DNA from: Patescibacteria group bacterium
GTDB taxonomy: Bacteria > Patescibacteriota > Microgenomatia > Levybacterales > UBA12049
NCBI GenBank assembly: GCA_038062115.1
Contig: JBBTXS010000028.1
Coordinates: 1-39,958 of the forward strand
Length of the DNA: 39,958 nucleotides
Direction: 5' to 3'
Shown here: positions 7,150 through 16,135 of the stretch, one piece after another
Layout: each line of letters opens with the position of its first letter
Numbering within the stretch: the stretch's first letter is position 1
Translations under genes and position numbers: made by a program
Notes under the pieces: generated by a model
Seen by the model: the letters and a program-made list of their open reading frames with translations, nothing else
Databases searched by the model: none
What the model was told of the DNA's origin: nothing

Positions 7150-9615
7150 ATGCGAATTCTTAAGTTCGCTATCGGTTGGCCACTTTCTATTCTTGCTCTT
7201 TTTTTTGTTGCAAGAATAATTTTCTCACAGCAAAAAGATATCGTTTTTAGCATAGAACAGCCAGATATAATTCTTTTCCTTTCTGGTGTTATTTGCTTTT
7301 TTCTATTTTATCTCACGCGTTCTTTTGTTTGGAAACTAATTCTTAAGGAACTAGGATACAATATTCCTTTAAAAACAGTTTCTTTCTTGTGGGAGGTTTC
7401 TGAATTAAAACGGTTTGTTCCCGGAAACATCTGGTCGTTTTTGGGCAGGGCATCATTATTTTCTAATATTAATGTACCTACAAAAATAATTGTAAGGGCG
7501 CTTATTATTGAGACTGAATCTTTTTTACTTGCCTGTTTTATTATTTCGATTCTAGGAGTCCTTCTATACCCTAACCGTTTGTTAGTCAACATATCGTATG
7601 TTTTTTCTGTTCCATCAATCTCAATTGTACTTCTAACCACTTTACTTTTTATCAATAACTCTTTGCTAACAAAATATTTAAAGGGGACGTTTCTTGCCAA
7701 AGTAATTCTGCTTTTTCCTAACTTTTCCAAACAAACAAACACGCTTCTTCTTTTACTTTCGATTTTGTACATGTTCTTATTTGGATTGGGAACGTATCTA
7801 ACAATTACTTCGCTAACGTTTATATCTCCAGAATTTTTTATTTCCCTTTCTGCGTTTTTTGTGTTTTCTCTTCTTGTTGGATATCTGTCTATAATTACGC
7901 CAATGGGGCTGGGTGTTAGGGAATCTGCAATGATAGTTGGACTTTCTCAATTTATCTCCCTTGGCACTGCGGGGTTAGTATCTATTTTTGCCCGAGTAGT
8001 TCTTATTATTTCTGAACTTTTATTCCTACTTTTTACATATTTGTGGAGAAAAACAAAAAGCAAATTAGTATTTTCTCTTGAGAGCCTTATTGTCCTACGC
8101 AAACAAGAAGTAATATTGGGGATTTTTATAATTATCTATATAATGTATTTTACGGCAACAAGCTTTTTAAGATACGATAACTTTTATACAGGACGGTTCG
8201 ATTTGGGCAACATGGATCAGACTGTTTGGAATACTATCAATGGCAGAATATTCGAGTTGACCGATCCAAACGGGACAAATGTTATCTCTCGTCTTGCCTT
8301 TCATGCGGATTTTATACTTATACTTCTTGCTCCATTTTATCTTATCTGGGAGCACCCAAAAATGCTTCTTTTAATACAAACTATTGTTTTGTCAATAGGC
8401 GCTGTTTTTGTTTATGCTATAGGAAAAAATGTAGTTAAAAACAAAAATTTATCTTTGGTGTTTGCGTTCCTTTTTTTACTTAATCCAACTGTCCAATTTA
8501 CTAACCTCTACGACTTTCATGCAGTGACTCTTGCCACAACATTTTTACTCGGAGCCTTCTATTTTTTACGAAAATATAAATATATCTGGCTTTTAATTTT
8601 CTTGATTCTTGCTGGTATAACAAAAGAACAGGTTTGGATAATAATAGCGATTTTTGGACTATATATCTTCTTCAGAAATGTCATTGCGAGGAGTCCGTCA
8701 GCCGACGGAAGACGAAGCAATCCCACCAAACATGAGATTGCTTCCCCCGATAGTCATCGGGGTCGCAATGACAACAGTAGTAAAAAGACGGCTCTTCTTT
8801 TTGGAGCAATAATCTTTCTTGCATCAGTTCTTATTTTTTACTTTCTCATCTGGCACGCTATGCCAAGCGTAAGAGGTTCCGAGCACTTTGCTCTTTCTTA
8901 CTACTCTGATTTTGGCGACTCTCCAACAAGCATTGTAAAAAATGTCCTACTTTCTCCACAAAAAACACTCACAACCTTCTTTCAAAAAGATCAACTAAAC
9001 TATTTGCAACAATTATTTCTTCCCTTAGGATTTCTTTCTCTTTTCTCTCCTCCTTTTCTGCTTTTTGCTCTGCCAGATCTATTCATAAACTTATTAAGCA
9101 ATAACGCTCAACTTCACCAAATATACTATCAGTACTCGGCAACTATAACTCCTTTTATATTCATCGCCGCCATAATTGGAGTTAATAATTTTAAAAAGCG
9201 ATTCCCAAAAATTCCAATCAGCGCTTATGCTTTTTATCTTACATTTTTTACCTTACTATCTGTTTATGCTTTTGGTCCTCTGCCTGGAGGGAAAAATCCA
9301 AATATCGCAATGTTTACTAAGCCACAAAAAGAAAGAAAACTAATTAATGATTTTCTTAATTCCATTAATTCCTCGTATAGCATCGCAGCCACCAACAACA
9401 TTGGCTCCCACCTATCTCATAGACAGAAAATTTTTACAATTCCAGTTGGAGCAGACAAAGCCGACTATGTTCTCTTTTTGCTTAACGACTCATATGCTCA
9501 ACCATCACTCCAGTTCCAAAAAGACCTAGCCAATAAAATGAAGTACAGCAAAAATTATATTGAAGTTTTTAGAAATGGGGATTTTGTTGCTTTTAAAAAA
9601 CGAACTTTCAACTAA
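7150..9615 (+). CDS. Polytopic membrane protein: flippase-like (LPG-synthase-TM/UPF0104-type) N-domain fused to a DUF2079-like domain
   Basis: ORF 7090..9615 begins inside tRNA-Arg. The first ATG is 7150 (MRILKFAIGWPLSILALFF, directly preceding TM1). The DUF2079-like block is YDNFYTGRFDLGNMDQTVWNTINGR. It carries the 93-bp in-frame repeat at 8680-8772. Confidence 0.7.
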   Translation: MRILKFAIGWPLSILALFFVARIIFSQQKDIVFSIEQPDIILFLSGVICFFLFYLTRSFVWKLILKELGYNIPLKTVSFLWEVSELKRFVPGNIWSFLGRASLFSNINVPTKIIVRALIIETESFLLACFIISILGVLLYPNRLLVNISYVFSVPSISIVLLTTLLFINNSLLTKYLKGTFLAKVILLFPNFSKQTNTLLLLLSILYMFLFGLGTYLTITSLTFISPEFFISLSAFFVFSLLVGYLSIITPMGLGVRESAMIVGLSQFISLGTAGLVSIFARVVLIISELLFLLFTYLWRKTKSKLVFSLESLIVLRKQEVILGIFIIIYIMYFTATSFLRYDNFYTGRFDLGNMDQTVWNTINGRIFELTDPNGTNVISRLAFHADFILILLAPFYLIWEHPKMLLLIQTIVLSIGAVFVYAIGKNVVKNKNLSLVFAFLFLLNPTVQFTNLYDFHAVTLATTFLLGAFYFLRKYKYIWLLIFLILAGITKEQVWIIIAIFGLYIFFRNVIARSPSADGRRSNPTKHEIASPDSHRGRNDNSSKKTALLFGAIIFLASVLIFYFLIWHAMPSVRGSEHFALSYYSDFGDSPTSIVKNVLLSPQKTLTTFFQKDQLNYLQQLFLPLGFLSLFSPPFLLFALPDLFINLLSNNAQLHQIYYQYSATITPFIFIAAIIGVNNFKKRFPKIPISAYAFYLTFFTLLSVYAFGPLPGGKNPNIAMFTKPQKERKLINDFLNSINSSYSIAATNNIGSHLSHRQKIFTIPVGADKADYVLFLLNDSYAQPSLQFQKDLANKMKYSKNYIEVFRNGDFVAFKKRTFN
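8680..8772. repeat. 93-bp palindromic miniature element inserted in frame in the CDS
   Basis: Terminal inverted repeats GTCATTGCGA...TCGCAATGAC. Internal hairpins CCGTC-AGCC-GACGG, GAAGCAATC...GATTGCTTC and CCCCGAT-AGTC-ATCGGGG. Length is 31 codons, encoding VIARSPSADGRRSNPTKHEIASPDSHRGRND between two TM helices. Confidence 0.8.
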
Positions 9616-9676
9616 CAAAAGAGTTAACTCCTTCGCTTCTATGTAGCGACAAAGATTCAATTCCTTCCTCAAAGTA

Positions 9677-10105
9677 TTATTTGGATTCTGTCGACGCTGC
9701 TTTGCCACTTTTACTAAAAGCTGCAAAAAGAGCCCATGCACCAACTACTAAATGTAAGATTAAATCAGCAGGGCTCTCTAGGTTTGCTCCCAACAGTTGC
9801 GAGCCTCCAAAATTGTAAACACCAACAATTACCCCCACTATCCCCAAAACAATTACCAAAGATCTCTGTAAGGAAGCAGGAAGTATAGCTGATGCTACTA
9901 GTCCAGCAATCCCAAGTATAGTGTGTGCTATATTTTCTGCATTATCAAACCACCAAAACGCGCCAAAAATGCTTTTGTCTGCAGAAGGACCAATAACTCC
10001 TATAAAACCTAATACCCCAACCACTAAAAGGATCGCACCTCCGACTTGTAAAAATTTCTTTGGAGTAAAGATATTCAAAATTCTCACCCCCTTCCTTTTA
10101 TACAA
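9677..10105 (-). CDS. Small multi-pass membrane protein, unknown function
   Basis: 142 aa with four hydrophobic helices (GGAILLVVGVLGFIGVIG, ILGIAGLVASAIL, VIVLGIVGVIVGV, HLVVGAWALFAAF). Confidence 0.6.
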   Translation of the reverse strand: MYKRKGVRILNIFTPKKFLQVGGAILLVVGVLGFIGVIGPSADKSIFGAFWWFDNAENIAHTILGIAGLVASAILPASLQRSLVIVLGIVGVIVGVYNFGGSQLLGANLESPADLILHLVVGAWALFAAFSKSGKAASTESK

Positions 10106-10193
10106 AATTAGAGTAATATATATATTTCTACTTTGTCAAGGGGATAAAAAAATTCGTCTTGCAAGCAATTTAGAAACAAACTATTATAAGTGT

Positions 10194-11000
10194 ATGATAA
10201 ACGTTACCAAATCTACAGGCACTATCGAGCCATTTAGTAAAGAAAAAGTTCTTGCTTCGATACAACGCGCGCATATACCAAAAGATTTACAAGATCAAAT
10301 AGTTAAGGAGGTCAATGCAAAATTATATAATAATATTCCTACATCAGAAATTTACCATCACATAACAGAATTTTTAGGCGCCTCTGTTCTGCCTTATTCT
10401 CGCGCAAAGTACAGTCTTAAACAGGGAGTTATGGATCTAGGTCCAACTGGTTATCCATTTGAAGATTTTGTTGCCGATGTTCTCAAATTTGAAGGGTATC
10501 AAACAAATGTCAGACAAATCCTAAATGGTAAATGTGTAAAGCACGAAATAGACATTGTTGCTCAAAAAGATGGCGTAAAGTCAATGATCGAATGTAAATT
10601 TCACAATAGTATTGGTAATCATACCCAAGTACATGTATCTTTATATACAAAAGCAAGATTTGATGATTTAAAAGATATATACAGGTTGGATGACGTTTGG
10701 CTTGTAACCAACACTAGAATAACACCTGATGCCCTATCTTATGCACTGTGTAACGGTCTAAAAGTTATAAGCTGGAATTATCCAGAAAATTTTGGATTGA
10801 GAGATTTGATTGAAAAGTCAAAACTTCATCCAATTACTGTATTGGCAACTTTATCTCAAGCTCAAAAACAACAGCTTTTACAACAACATATAGTTTTATG
10901 TAAGAACATTTGCGAAAATCCTGCATCTCTTGCGACTCTTAACTTGCCCAAAGATAAAACCCAAGCTGTAATTGATGAATCTAAATTTGTCTGCTCGTAA
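10194..11000 (+). CDS. ATP-cone domain fused to an Mrr-like (PD-(D/E)xK) restriction endonuclease domain
   Basis: ORF 9921..11000 overlaps the opposite-strand gene; the plausible start is ATG 10194. The N-terminus MINVTKSTGTIEPFSKEKVLASIQRA is ATP-cone-like. The C-terminus EDFVADVLKFEGY...HEIDIVAQKDGVKSMIECKFH fits an Mrr_cat D...E.K core. Confidence 0.65.
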   Translation: MINVTKSTGTIEPFSKEKVLASIQRAHIPKDLQDQIVKEVNAKLYNNIPTSEIYHHITEFLGASVLPYSRAKYSLKQGVMDLGPTGYPFEDFVADVLKFEGYQTNVRQILNGKCVKHEIDIVAQKDGVKSMIECKFHNSIGNHTQVHVSLYTKARFDDLKDIYRLDDVWLVTNTRITPDALSYALCNGLKVISWNYPENFGLRDLIEKSKLHPITVLATLSQAQKQQLLQQHIVLCKNICENPASLATLNLPKDKTQAVIDESKFVCS

Positions 11001-11077
11001 ACCTAAATAAATGTGGCGTGGATAGAACACCTGAAGTATAGAAAAATCAGTTGTCAGTTTGTCTCTATATGCCCTTA

Positions 11078-11968
11078 CTACAATCCGTATTCCGAAAGAG
11101 AATAGTTGCCAATACGATTACGGTGTAAGCTCATAATAAAAGAATCGCACTGCCAAAACCCAGGAATTGTAGAAAAAGCGCCTATAAATCCAAGCCTTTT
11201 CAGTGTGTTAATCGCGTTATCATCAAAGGCTCCATATGGATATGTAAAGATATCAATTTGTTGATTGGTATGTTCTTTTAATTGTTGTTTACCTGCTTCA
11301 ATTTCAAATTCAATTTTATCTTTTGTCCCATTATTTATAGCATAATGTGACCAAGTATGATCGGTAAAATCTATCAAGCTATTTCTTGCCATTTCTTCAA
11401 CCTGATCCCATGACAAATATTGAGAACCCCCAATAAGTCCTGCTGCAATCATAAGATTTCCAATAAAATGATACTTTTGTAGTATTGGATATGCATAGTC
11501 GTAGACACTTTTATAACCATCATCAAACGTTATAACAATACTCTTTTGTGGAAGACTGGTATGGTCTCTTAATGCCGTAACCAGCTTCTTTGCAGAAAGA
11601 GTAGTATAACCCTGAGAAAATAAATACCCCATTTGCCGATCAAACATTTCGCTATCAACATTTAAGGCTGTTTGTCCAAGCTCTTTTGCCAAAGCTGTTG
11701 GCTGAACATGATGATACAAAAGAACTGGCACATGCAAACAATAGCCAGGTAGTGGAGTAGGGGTTGGAGTAAGAGTTGGTGTTGACGTGCTAGTAGGTAG
11801 AGGATATGGTGTAGAAAGCTCTGATTTAGAAGTTTTTACAGAATGGGGAACGCTTACAATATGCTTATTTTGCAAAAATCTGTTATTTTTTGAATTTCCA
11901 TATATTAAAACTAAAGCAAAAAGTAATATAACGATCAAATACAATTTATTTTTCACACAAAATAACAA
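11078..11968 (-). CDS. Polysaccharide deacetylase (NodB homology), membrane anchored with PT-rich linker
   Basis: VITFDDGYKSVYDYAYPIL (NodB motif 1) and TDHTWSH; N-terminal TM helix and a TPTPTP linker. Confidence 0.85.
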   Translation of the reverse strand: MLFCVKNKLYLIVILLFALVLIYGNSKNNRFLQNKHIVSVPHSVKTSKSELSTPYPLPTSTSTPTLTPTPTPLPGYCLHVPVLLYHHVQPTALAKELGQTALNVDSEMFDRQMGYLFSQGYTTLSAKKLVTALRDHTSLPQKSIVITFDDGYKSVYDYAYPILQKYHFIGNLMIAAGLIGGSQYLSWDQVEEMARNSLIDFTDHTWSHYAINNGTKDKIEFEIEAGKQQLKEHTNQQIDIFTYPYGAFDDNAINTLKRLGFIGAFSTIPGFWQCDSFIMSLHRNRIGNYSLSEYGL

Positions 11969-12089
11969 ATCCCAAGTTAAATGCTAACATAAAGCGGTCT
12001 AAAAAGTAAAACAACATTGTGATATAATTTACCTACAGCTTAGAGTAGTCTCTGCTGTTTTTTTATCTACGAAGAAAGGTATATTTTAT

Positions 12090-13919
12090 ATGAACAATCT
12101 ATCATCGCAAAATATTAGAAATGTTGCAGTAATTGCCCATGTTGATCACGGTAAAACAACGTTAGTTGATTTTATGCTCAAGCAGTCTCATACCTTTAGA
12201 GAGAATTCGGCTGAGATGCAACAAACAACTATTTTAGACTCTAATCCTTTGGAAAGAGAACGGGGGATTACTATACTTGCCAAGAATACTGCAATTAACT
12301 ACAAAAACTACAGGATAAATATTATCGATACTCCAGGACACGCAGATTTCTCTGGAGAAGTAGAAAGAACATTAAACATGGCAGACGGGGCTCTACTTAT
12401 TATAGATGCACTCGAAGGACCGATGCCTCAAACAAAATTTGTATTAAAAAAAGCCTTGGAAATTGGATTAAAAATTATTGTGATAATAAACAAAGTAGAT
12501 AAAAAAATGGCAGATATCAATGCAAGCTTTGAGCTAACTAACGATCTTTTTCTAGAACTAGCAACCAAAACCGACCAGTTAAATTTTCCTGTTTTGTATG
12601 CAATAGGACGAGAGGGTAAAGCAGCGGAGAAACTAGAAGATGTAGTCAAAAACACAAGTCTAGAACCTATAATGGAGACTATTATTAATTATATTCCTGC
12701 TCCAAATGTTAAGACTGGCTCTTTTCAAATGGTTATATCAGCACTCGATTATGATTCTCATAAAGGCAAGCACGTTATCGGAAGAATAACCAGAGGAACT
12801 TTAGAGAAAAATCAGAAAGTAGTTCTTATTAAAGAAGATAATAAAAAAACTCCTTCAACTGTTGACGCTATATATATTAACCAAGGGTTAAAAAAAATTG
12901 AGATAGACAAAGCGCAAGCAGGCGAAATTGTTGAGTTTACCGGAGTAGCAAATGCTACAATTGGGGATACCCTTGCTGATCCAACTGATCCAACACCTCT
13001 TCCAAGAATAGAAATAGAGGAGCCAACGATCAAAATAGCTTTTTTTGCAAACACCTCACCTTTTGCAGGAAGGGAGGGAAAATATTCTAATTCAAGAGAA
13101 CTTTATGAAAGGCTAGTAAAAGAATTAGAAACTAATGTAAGTCTAAAGCTTGAAATAAAAGACGATAAATTTATAGCGGCAGGTCGCGGAGAGCTTCATT
13201 TGTCTATTCTAATTGAAACATTAAGACGCGAAGGATATGAGTTCCAAGTAGGAAAACCCGAAGTAATCACAAAAATTGTTGATGGCGTTGAAATGGAACC
13301 AGTTGAGGATTTAATAATTGATGTTCCGGACGAATTCCAAGGAGTTGTTAGTAAAGAACTAGGGGAGAGAAGAGCGGCAATGACCAACATGCAGGCAAAT
13401 GGAAAAGGAACAACTAGATTTGAATATAAAATTCCATCCAAAAATCTTTTGGGGATAAGAAATATTCTTCTAACCAACACCCGAGGCACTGCTGTTACTA
13501 ACAGTACATTTGATAAATACGAACCTATCTCTCCTCCTATAAACAATATGAGAAATGGAGTTTTAATAGCATCCGAGACTGGCACTGCATTGACTTTTGG
13601 TTTAAATAATGCTCAAGGAAGAGGCGTTACATTTATAGAGCCAGGAACTAAAGTATATGAGGGAATGATAATTGGACAAAACTCTCGAAAAGAAGACATA
13701 GAAATAAATGTTACGAAAGAAAAAAAGCAAACCAATGTCCGCTCGGAAACAAGCGATATTCCAATTACATTAACTCCCGCTCTTAAAATGAGTCTCGAAC
13801 AGTATCTGGATTTTTTAGCAGATGACGAGCTTCTTGAAGTTACTCCACAAAACCTAAGACTTCGAAAAAAATACCTAAAGCATGTAGAAAGAGTAAGACA
13901 CGCGAGAGAGACTAATTAG
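12090..13919 (+). CDS. typA: Translational GTPase TypA/BipA
   Basis: G1 [10 protein letters not shown]3 DTPGHADF, G4 NKVD. At 609 aa it has the EF-G-like domain order and the BipA-type C-terminus. Confidence 0.93.
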   Translation: MNNLSSQNIRNVAVIAHVDHGKTTLVDFMLKQSHTFRENSAEMQQTTILDSNPLERERGITILAKNTAINYKNYRINIIDTPGHADFSGEVERTLNMADGALLIIDALEGPMPQTKFVLKKALEIGLKIIVIINKVDKKMADINASFELTNDLFLELATKTDQLNFPVLYAIGREGKAAEKLEDVVKNTSLEPIMETIINYIPAPNVKTGSFQMVISALDYDSHKGKHVIGRITRGTLEKNQKVVLIKEDNKKTPSTVDAIYINQGLKKIEIDKAQAGEIVEFTGVANATIGDTLADPTDPTPLPRIEIEEPTIKIAFFANTSPFAGREGKYSNSRELYERLVKELETNVSLKLEIKDDKFIAAGRGELHLSILIETLRREGYEFQVGKPEVITKIVDGVEMEPVEDLIIDVPDEFQGVVSKELGERRAAMTNMQANGKGTTRFEYKIPSKNLLGIRNILLTNTRGTAVTNSTFDKYEPISPPINNMRNGVLIASETGTALTFGLNNAQGRGVTFIEPGTKVYEGMIIGQNSRKEDIEINVTKEKKQTNVRSETSDIPITLTPALKMSLEQYLDFLADDELLEVTPQNLRLRKKYLKHVERVRHARETN

Positions 13920-13931
13920 GCTCTAGTTTAT

Positions 13932-14026
13932 GTCATTCTGGCTTGTCCAGAATCTCTATTGTTTGTCATCCTGAACTTGTTTCAGGATCTGATTCTGAAT
14001 TTTCAGACTGACACCTGAAGGGTGTC
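13932..14026. repeat. Array of four hairpins; the first two units belong to the GTCAT(T/C)CTG palindromic family
   Basis: GTCATTCTGG-cttgt-CCAGAAT, GTCATCCTGAA-cttgt-TTCAGGAT, TCTGAA-tt-TTCAGA, GACACC-tgaag-GGTGTC. Located between the typA stop and the rarA start. Confidence 0.7.
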
Positions 14027-14045
14027 GGATCAGTCGGATCAAACT

Positions 14046-15269
14046 ATGAATCTTGCATATCGATTACGCCCTACAACTCTTGATGAATTTGTTGGACAAG
14101 AACATTTGGTTTCAAAAGATAAAATCATCCGCAAGATGATTGAAGGCAAATCGTTCTCTTCAATTATCTTTTGGGGACCTCCAGGAAGCGGCAAAACAAC
14201 CCTTGCTTATATTATTTCTAAAACCACCAATTCTGACTTCTACTCTCTTTCTGCTGCACAAACAGGAAAAGACGATTTGAGAAAAATTATCAATTCCGCA
14301 AAAAAGAACCAGCAATATAATCGAGAAACAATTTTATTTATTGATGAGATTCACAGGTGGAATAAAGCTCAGCAAGATGCTCTTTTGCCTTTTGTTGAAA
14401 GCGGATTACTAACTTTAATTGGCGCAACTACAGAAAATCCTTCGTTTGAGGTAATTAGCCCACTCCTTTCAAGATGCAGAGTTTTTGTTCTAAAAAGTTT
14501 GTCTTACGAACATTTAGAAAAGATCATTAATAAAGCCCTCATCGACAAAGAAAGAGGCGTTGGAAGATACAACAAAACAATTACAAATGAGGCAAAAGAA
14601 TTATTAGTTCGACTCTCGGGTGGTGATGCTCGAATTATGTTAAACGCGCTAGATTTAGCGGTAACTAGCTTTAAAGACAAAAAGATTACCCCAGAAATCA
14701 TTAAAGAAGTTTTTCAAACTAGAAGTGCAGGTCTATATGACAAAAAGGCGGATGAACACTACAACATCATAAGCGCATTCATCAAATCTATGCGAGGAAG
14801 TGATCCAGACGCAGCTTTATATTATTTAGCAAGAATGCTAGAAAATGGAGAAGACCCAAAATTTATTGCAAGGCGAATGATTATTTTTGCATCCGAGGAT
14901 ATTGGCTTGGCAGATAGGGGAGCTTTAATCCAAGCAAACGCAGCTTTTGATGCAATTCACAAAGTAGGCATGCCAGAAGCCCAACTTATTTTAGCCCATA
15001 TATGTCTCTACTTGTCAACTGCCAAAAAATCACGACATGTTCCCAACGCACTAGAGCAAGCAAAGCAAGCAGTATACGAATTCCCAAATGAACCAATACC
15101 CCTACATCTTCGAAACGCCCCAACAAAACTTATGAAAAGCTTGGGATATGCAAAAAATTATGTTTGGAGTACAAATTATGTTGGTCCAAAAACTTCGGCT
15201 TCTGAAAAACTTTCTTTTCTTCCAGAAAAACTTAAAGATAGAAAGTTCTTCGAGTTTCCACAGAAATAA
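14046..15269 (+). CDS. rarA: Replication-associated recombination protein A (AAA+ ATPase)
   Basis: [22 protein letters not shown]-terminus, Walker [10 protein letters not shown], Walker B LFIDEIHR, MgsA-type C-terminal domain ([23 protein letters not shown]). The ORF opens at GTG 14022; ATG 14046 is preferred. Confidence 0.9.
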   Translation: MNLAYRLRPTTLDEFVGQEHLVSKDKIIRKMIEGKSFSSIIFWGPPGSGKTTLAYIISKTTNSDFYSLSAAQTGKDDLRKIINSAKKNQQYNRETILFIDEIHRWNKAQQDALLPFVESGLLTLIGATTENPSFEVISPLLSRCRVFVLKSLSYEHLEKIINKALIDKERGVGRYNKTITNEAKELLVRLSGGDARIMLNALDLAVTSFKDKKITPEIIKEVFQTRSAGLYDKKADEHYNIISAFIKSMRGSDPDAALYYLARMLENGEDPKFIARRMIIFASEDIGLADRGALIQANAAFDAIHKVGMPEAQLILAHICLYLSTAKKSRHVPNALEQAKQAVYEFPNEPIPLHLRNAPTKLMKSLGYAKNYVWSTNYVGPKTSASEKLSFLPEKLKDRKFFEFPQK

Positions 15270-15306
15270 TCCACCAGCATATTGACAAGTTAAGTACATT
15301 TGTGCA

Positions 15307-16023
15307 ATGATTTTATTGATGGACAATCAAGATCAACCACAAAATTTTTCTGATTTACAACCAACGCCGGCTTCTCCAAGAATGTTTCTTAATATTCGTA
15401 ATATTCCAACTAAGTATATAATTATTTTTCTTGCAGTTTTAGCTGTTTTGTCTTCGGGCTCAACTGGATATCTATTATTTGCAAATAAGAAAAAAGTCCT
15501 TCCTCCAAAAACTATTCAAGAGGAGATTTTGGTGGCACCACCCATATTTACCCCTATTCCAACTCCCACAAAAGTTCCAACACCTACAATTACACCAACG
15601 CCAACTCTTGCGCCTCTTGTAGATCCAATAGCAACATGGAGTGCATTTGTAAGTACTAAGTATGCTTACTCAATAAAATATCCTCCTGACTGGACAGCAA
15701 AAATTACAACACAACAAGATCCAAAAATTTTAGAATACGTAGTATTTAACCCAAAGGATGCAACAAAAGCAGGATCATTATCTATAACTTCATCCTATGG
15801 TACAAGAACATATAAAGAAGCCTTAGCCTTAGATCCACAAAAAGGAGCAACTGTTACAGTTGCATCTGTCAGTGCCACAAGAAAAAATCAACAAGATTCA
15901 GATGGCAATATTTCTATAAATGTTATCACTCCAACTGGAGCTAATACAATTGTTATTAAGGCTGAAGAAAAGTACAGAAATATTTTGGATATAATGCTAA
16001 CCACAGTTAAACTTACGCAATAA
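15307..16023 (+). CDS. Hypothetical membrane-anchored protein with PT-rich linker
   Basis: One TM helix (IIIFLAVLAVLSSG), a PTPTKVPTPTITPTPT linker and a C-terminal domain of about 130 aa with no recognisable motif. Confidence 0.5.
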   Translation: MILLMDNQDQPQNFSDLQPTPASPRMFLNIRNIPTKYIIIFLAVLAVLSSGSTGYLLFANKKKVLPPKTIQEEILVAPPIFTPIPTPTKVPTPTITPTPTLAPLVDPIATWSAFVSTKYAYSIKYPPDWTAKITTQQDPKILEYVVFNPKDATKAGSLSITSSYGTRTYKEALALDPQKGATVTVASVSATRKNQQDSDGNISINVITPTGANTIVIKAEEKYRNILDIMLTTVKLTQ

Positions 16024-16135
16024 AAACGGCTTTTTCTATTTACTTATCGAATTTAGTATTTTCTCAGAATTTCTCCAGCTTTCAGAATGAGTTGCAACAG
16101 ATATTTTCTTGCTTCGGTTAAGTTTATTGCATTAC

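Noticed and set aside
7059-7253. ORF 7059..7253 (minus) and the first 20 codons of ORF 7090..9615
   Set aside because: Both lie on top of tRNA-Arg(TCG) 7076-7148. The translation GFGPLGCGFDSCRAR is simply the tRNA read as protein.
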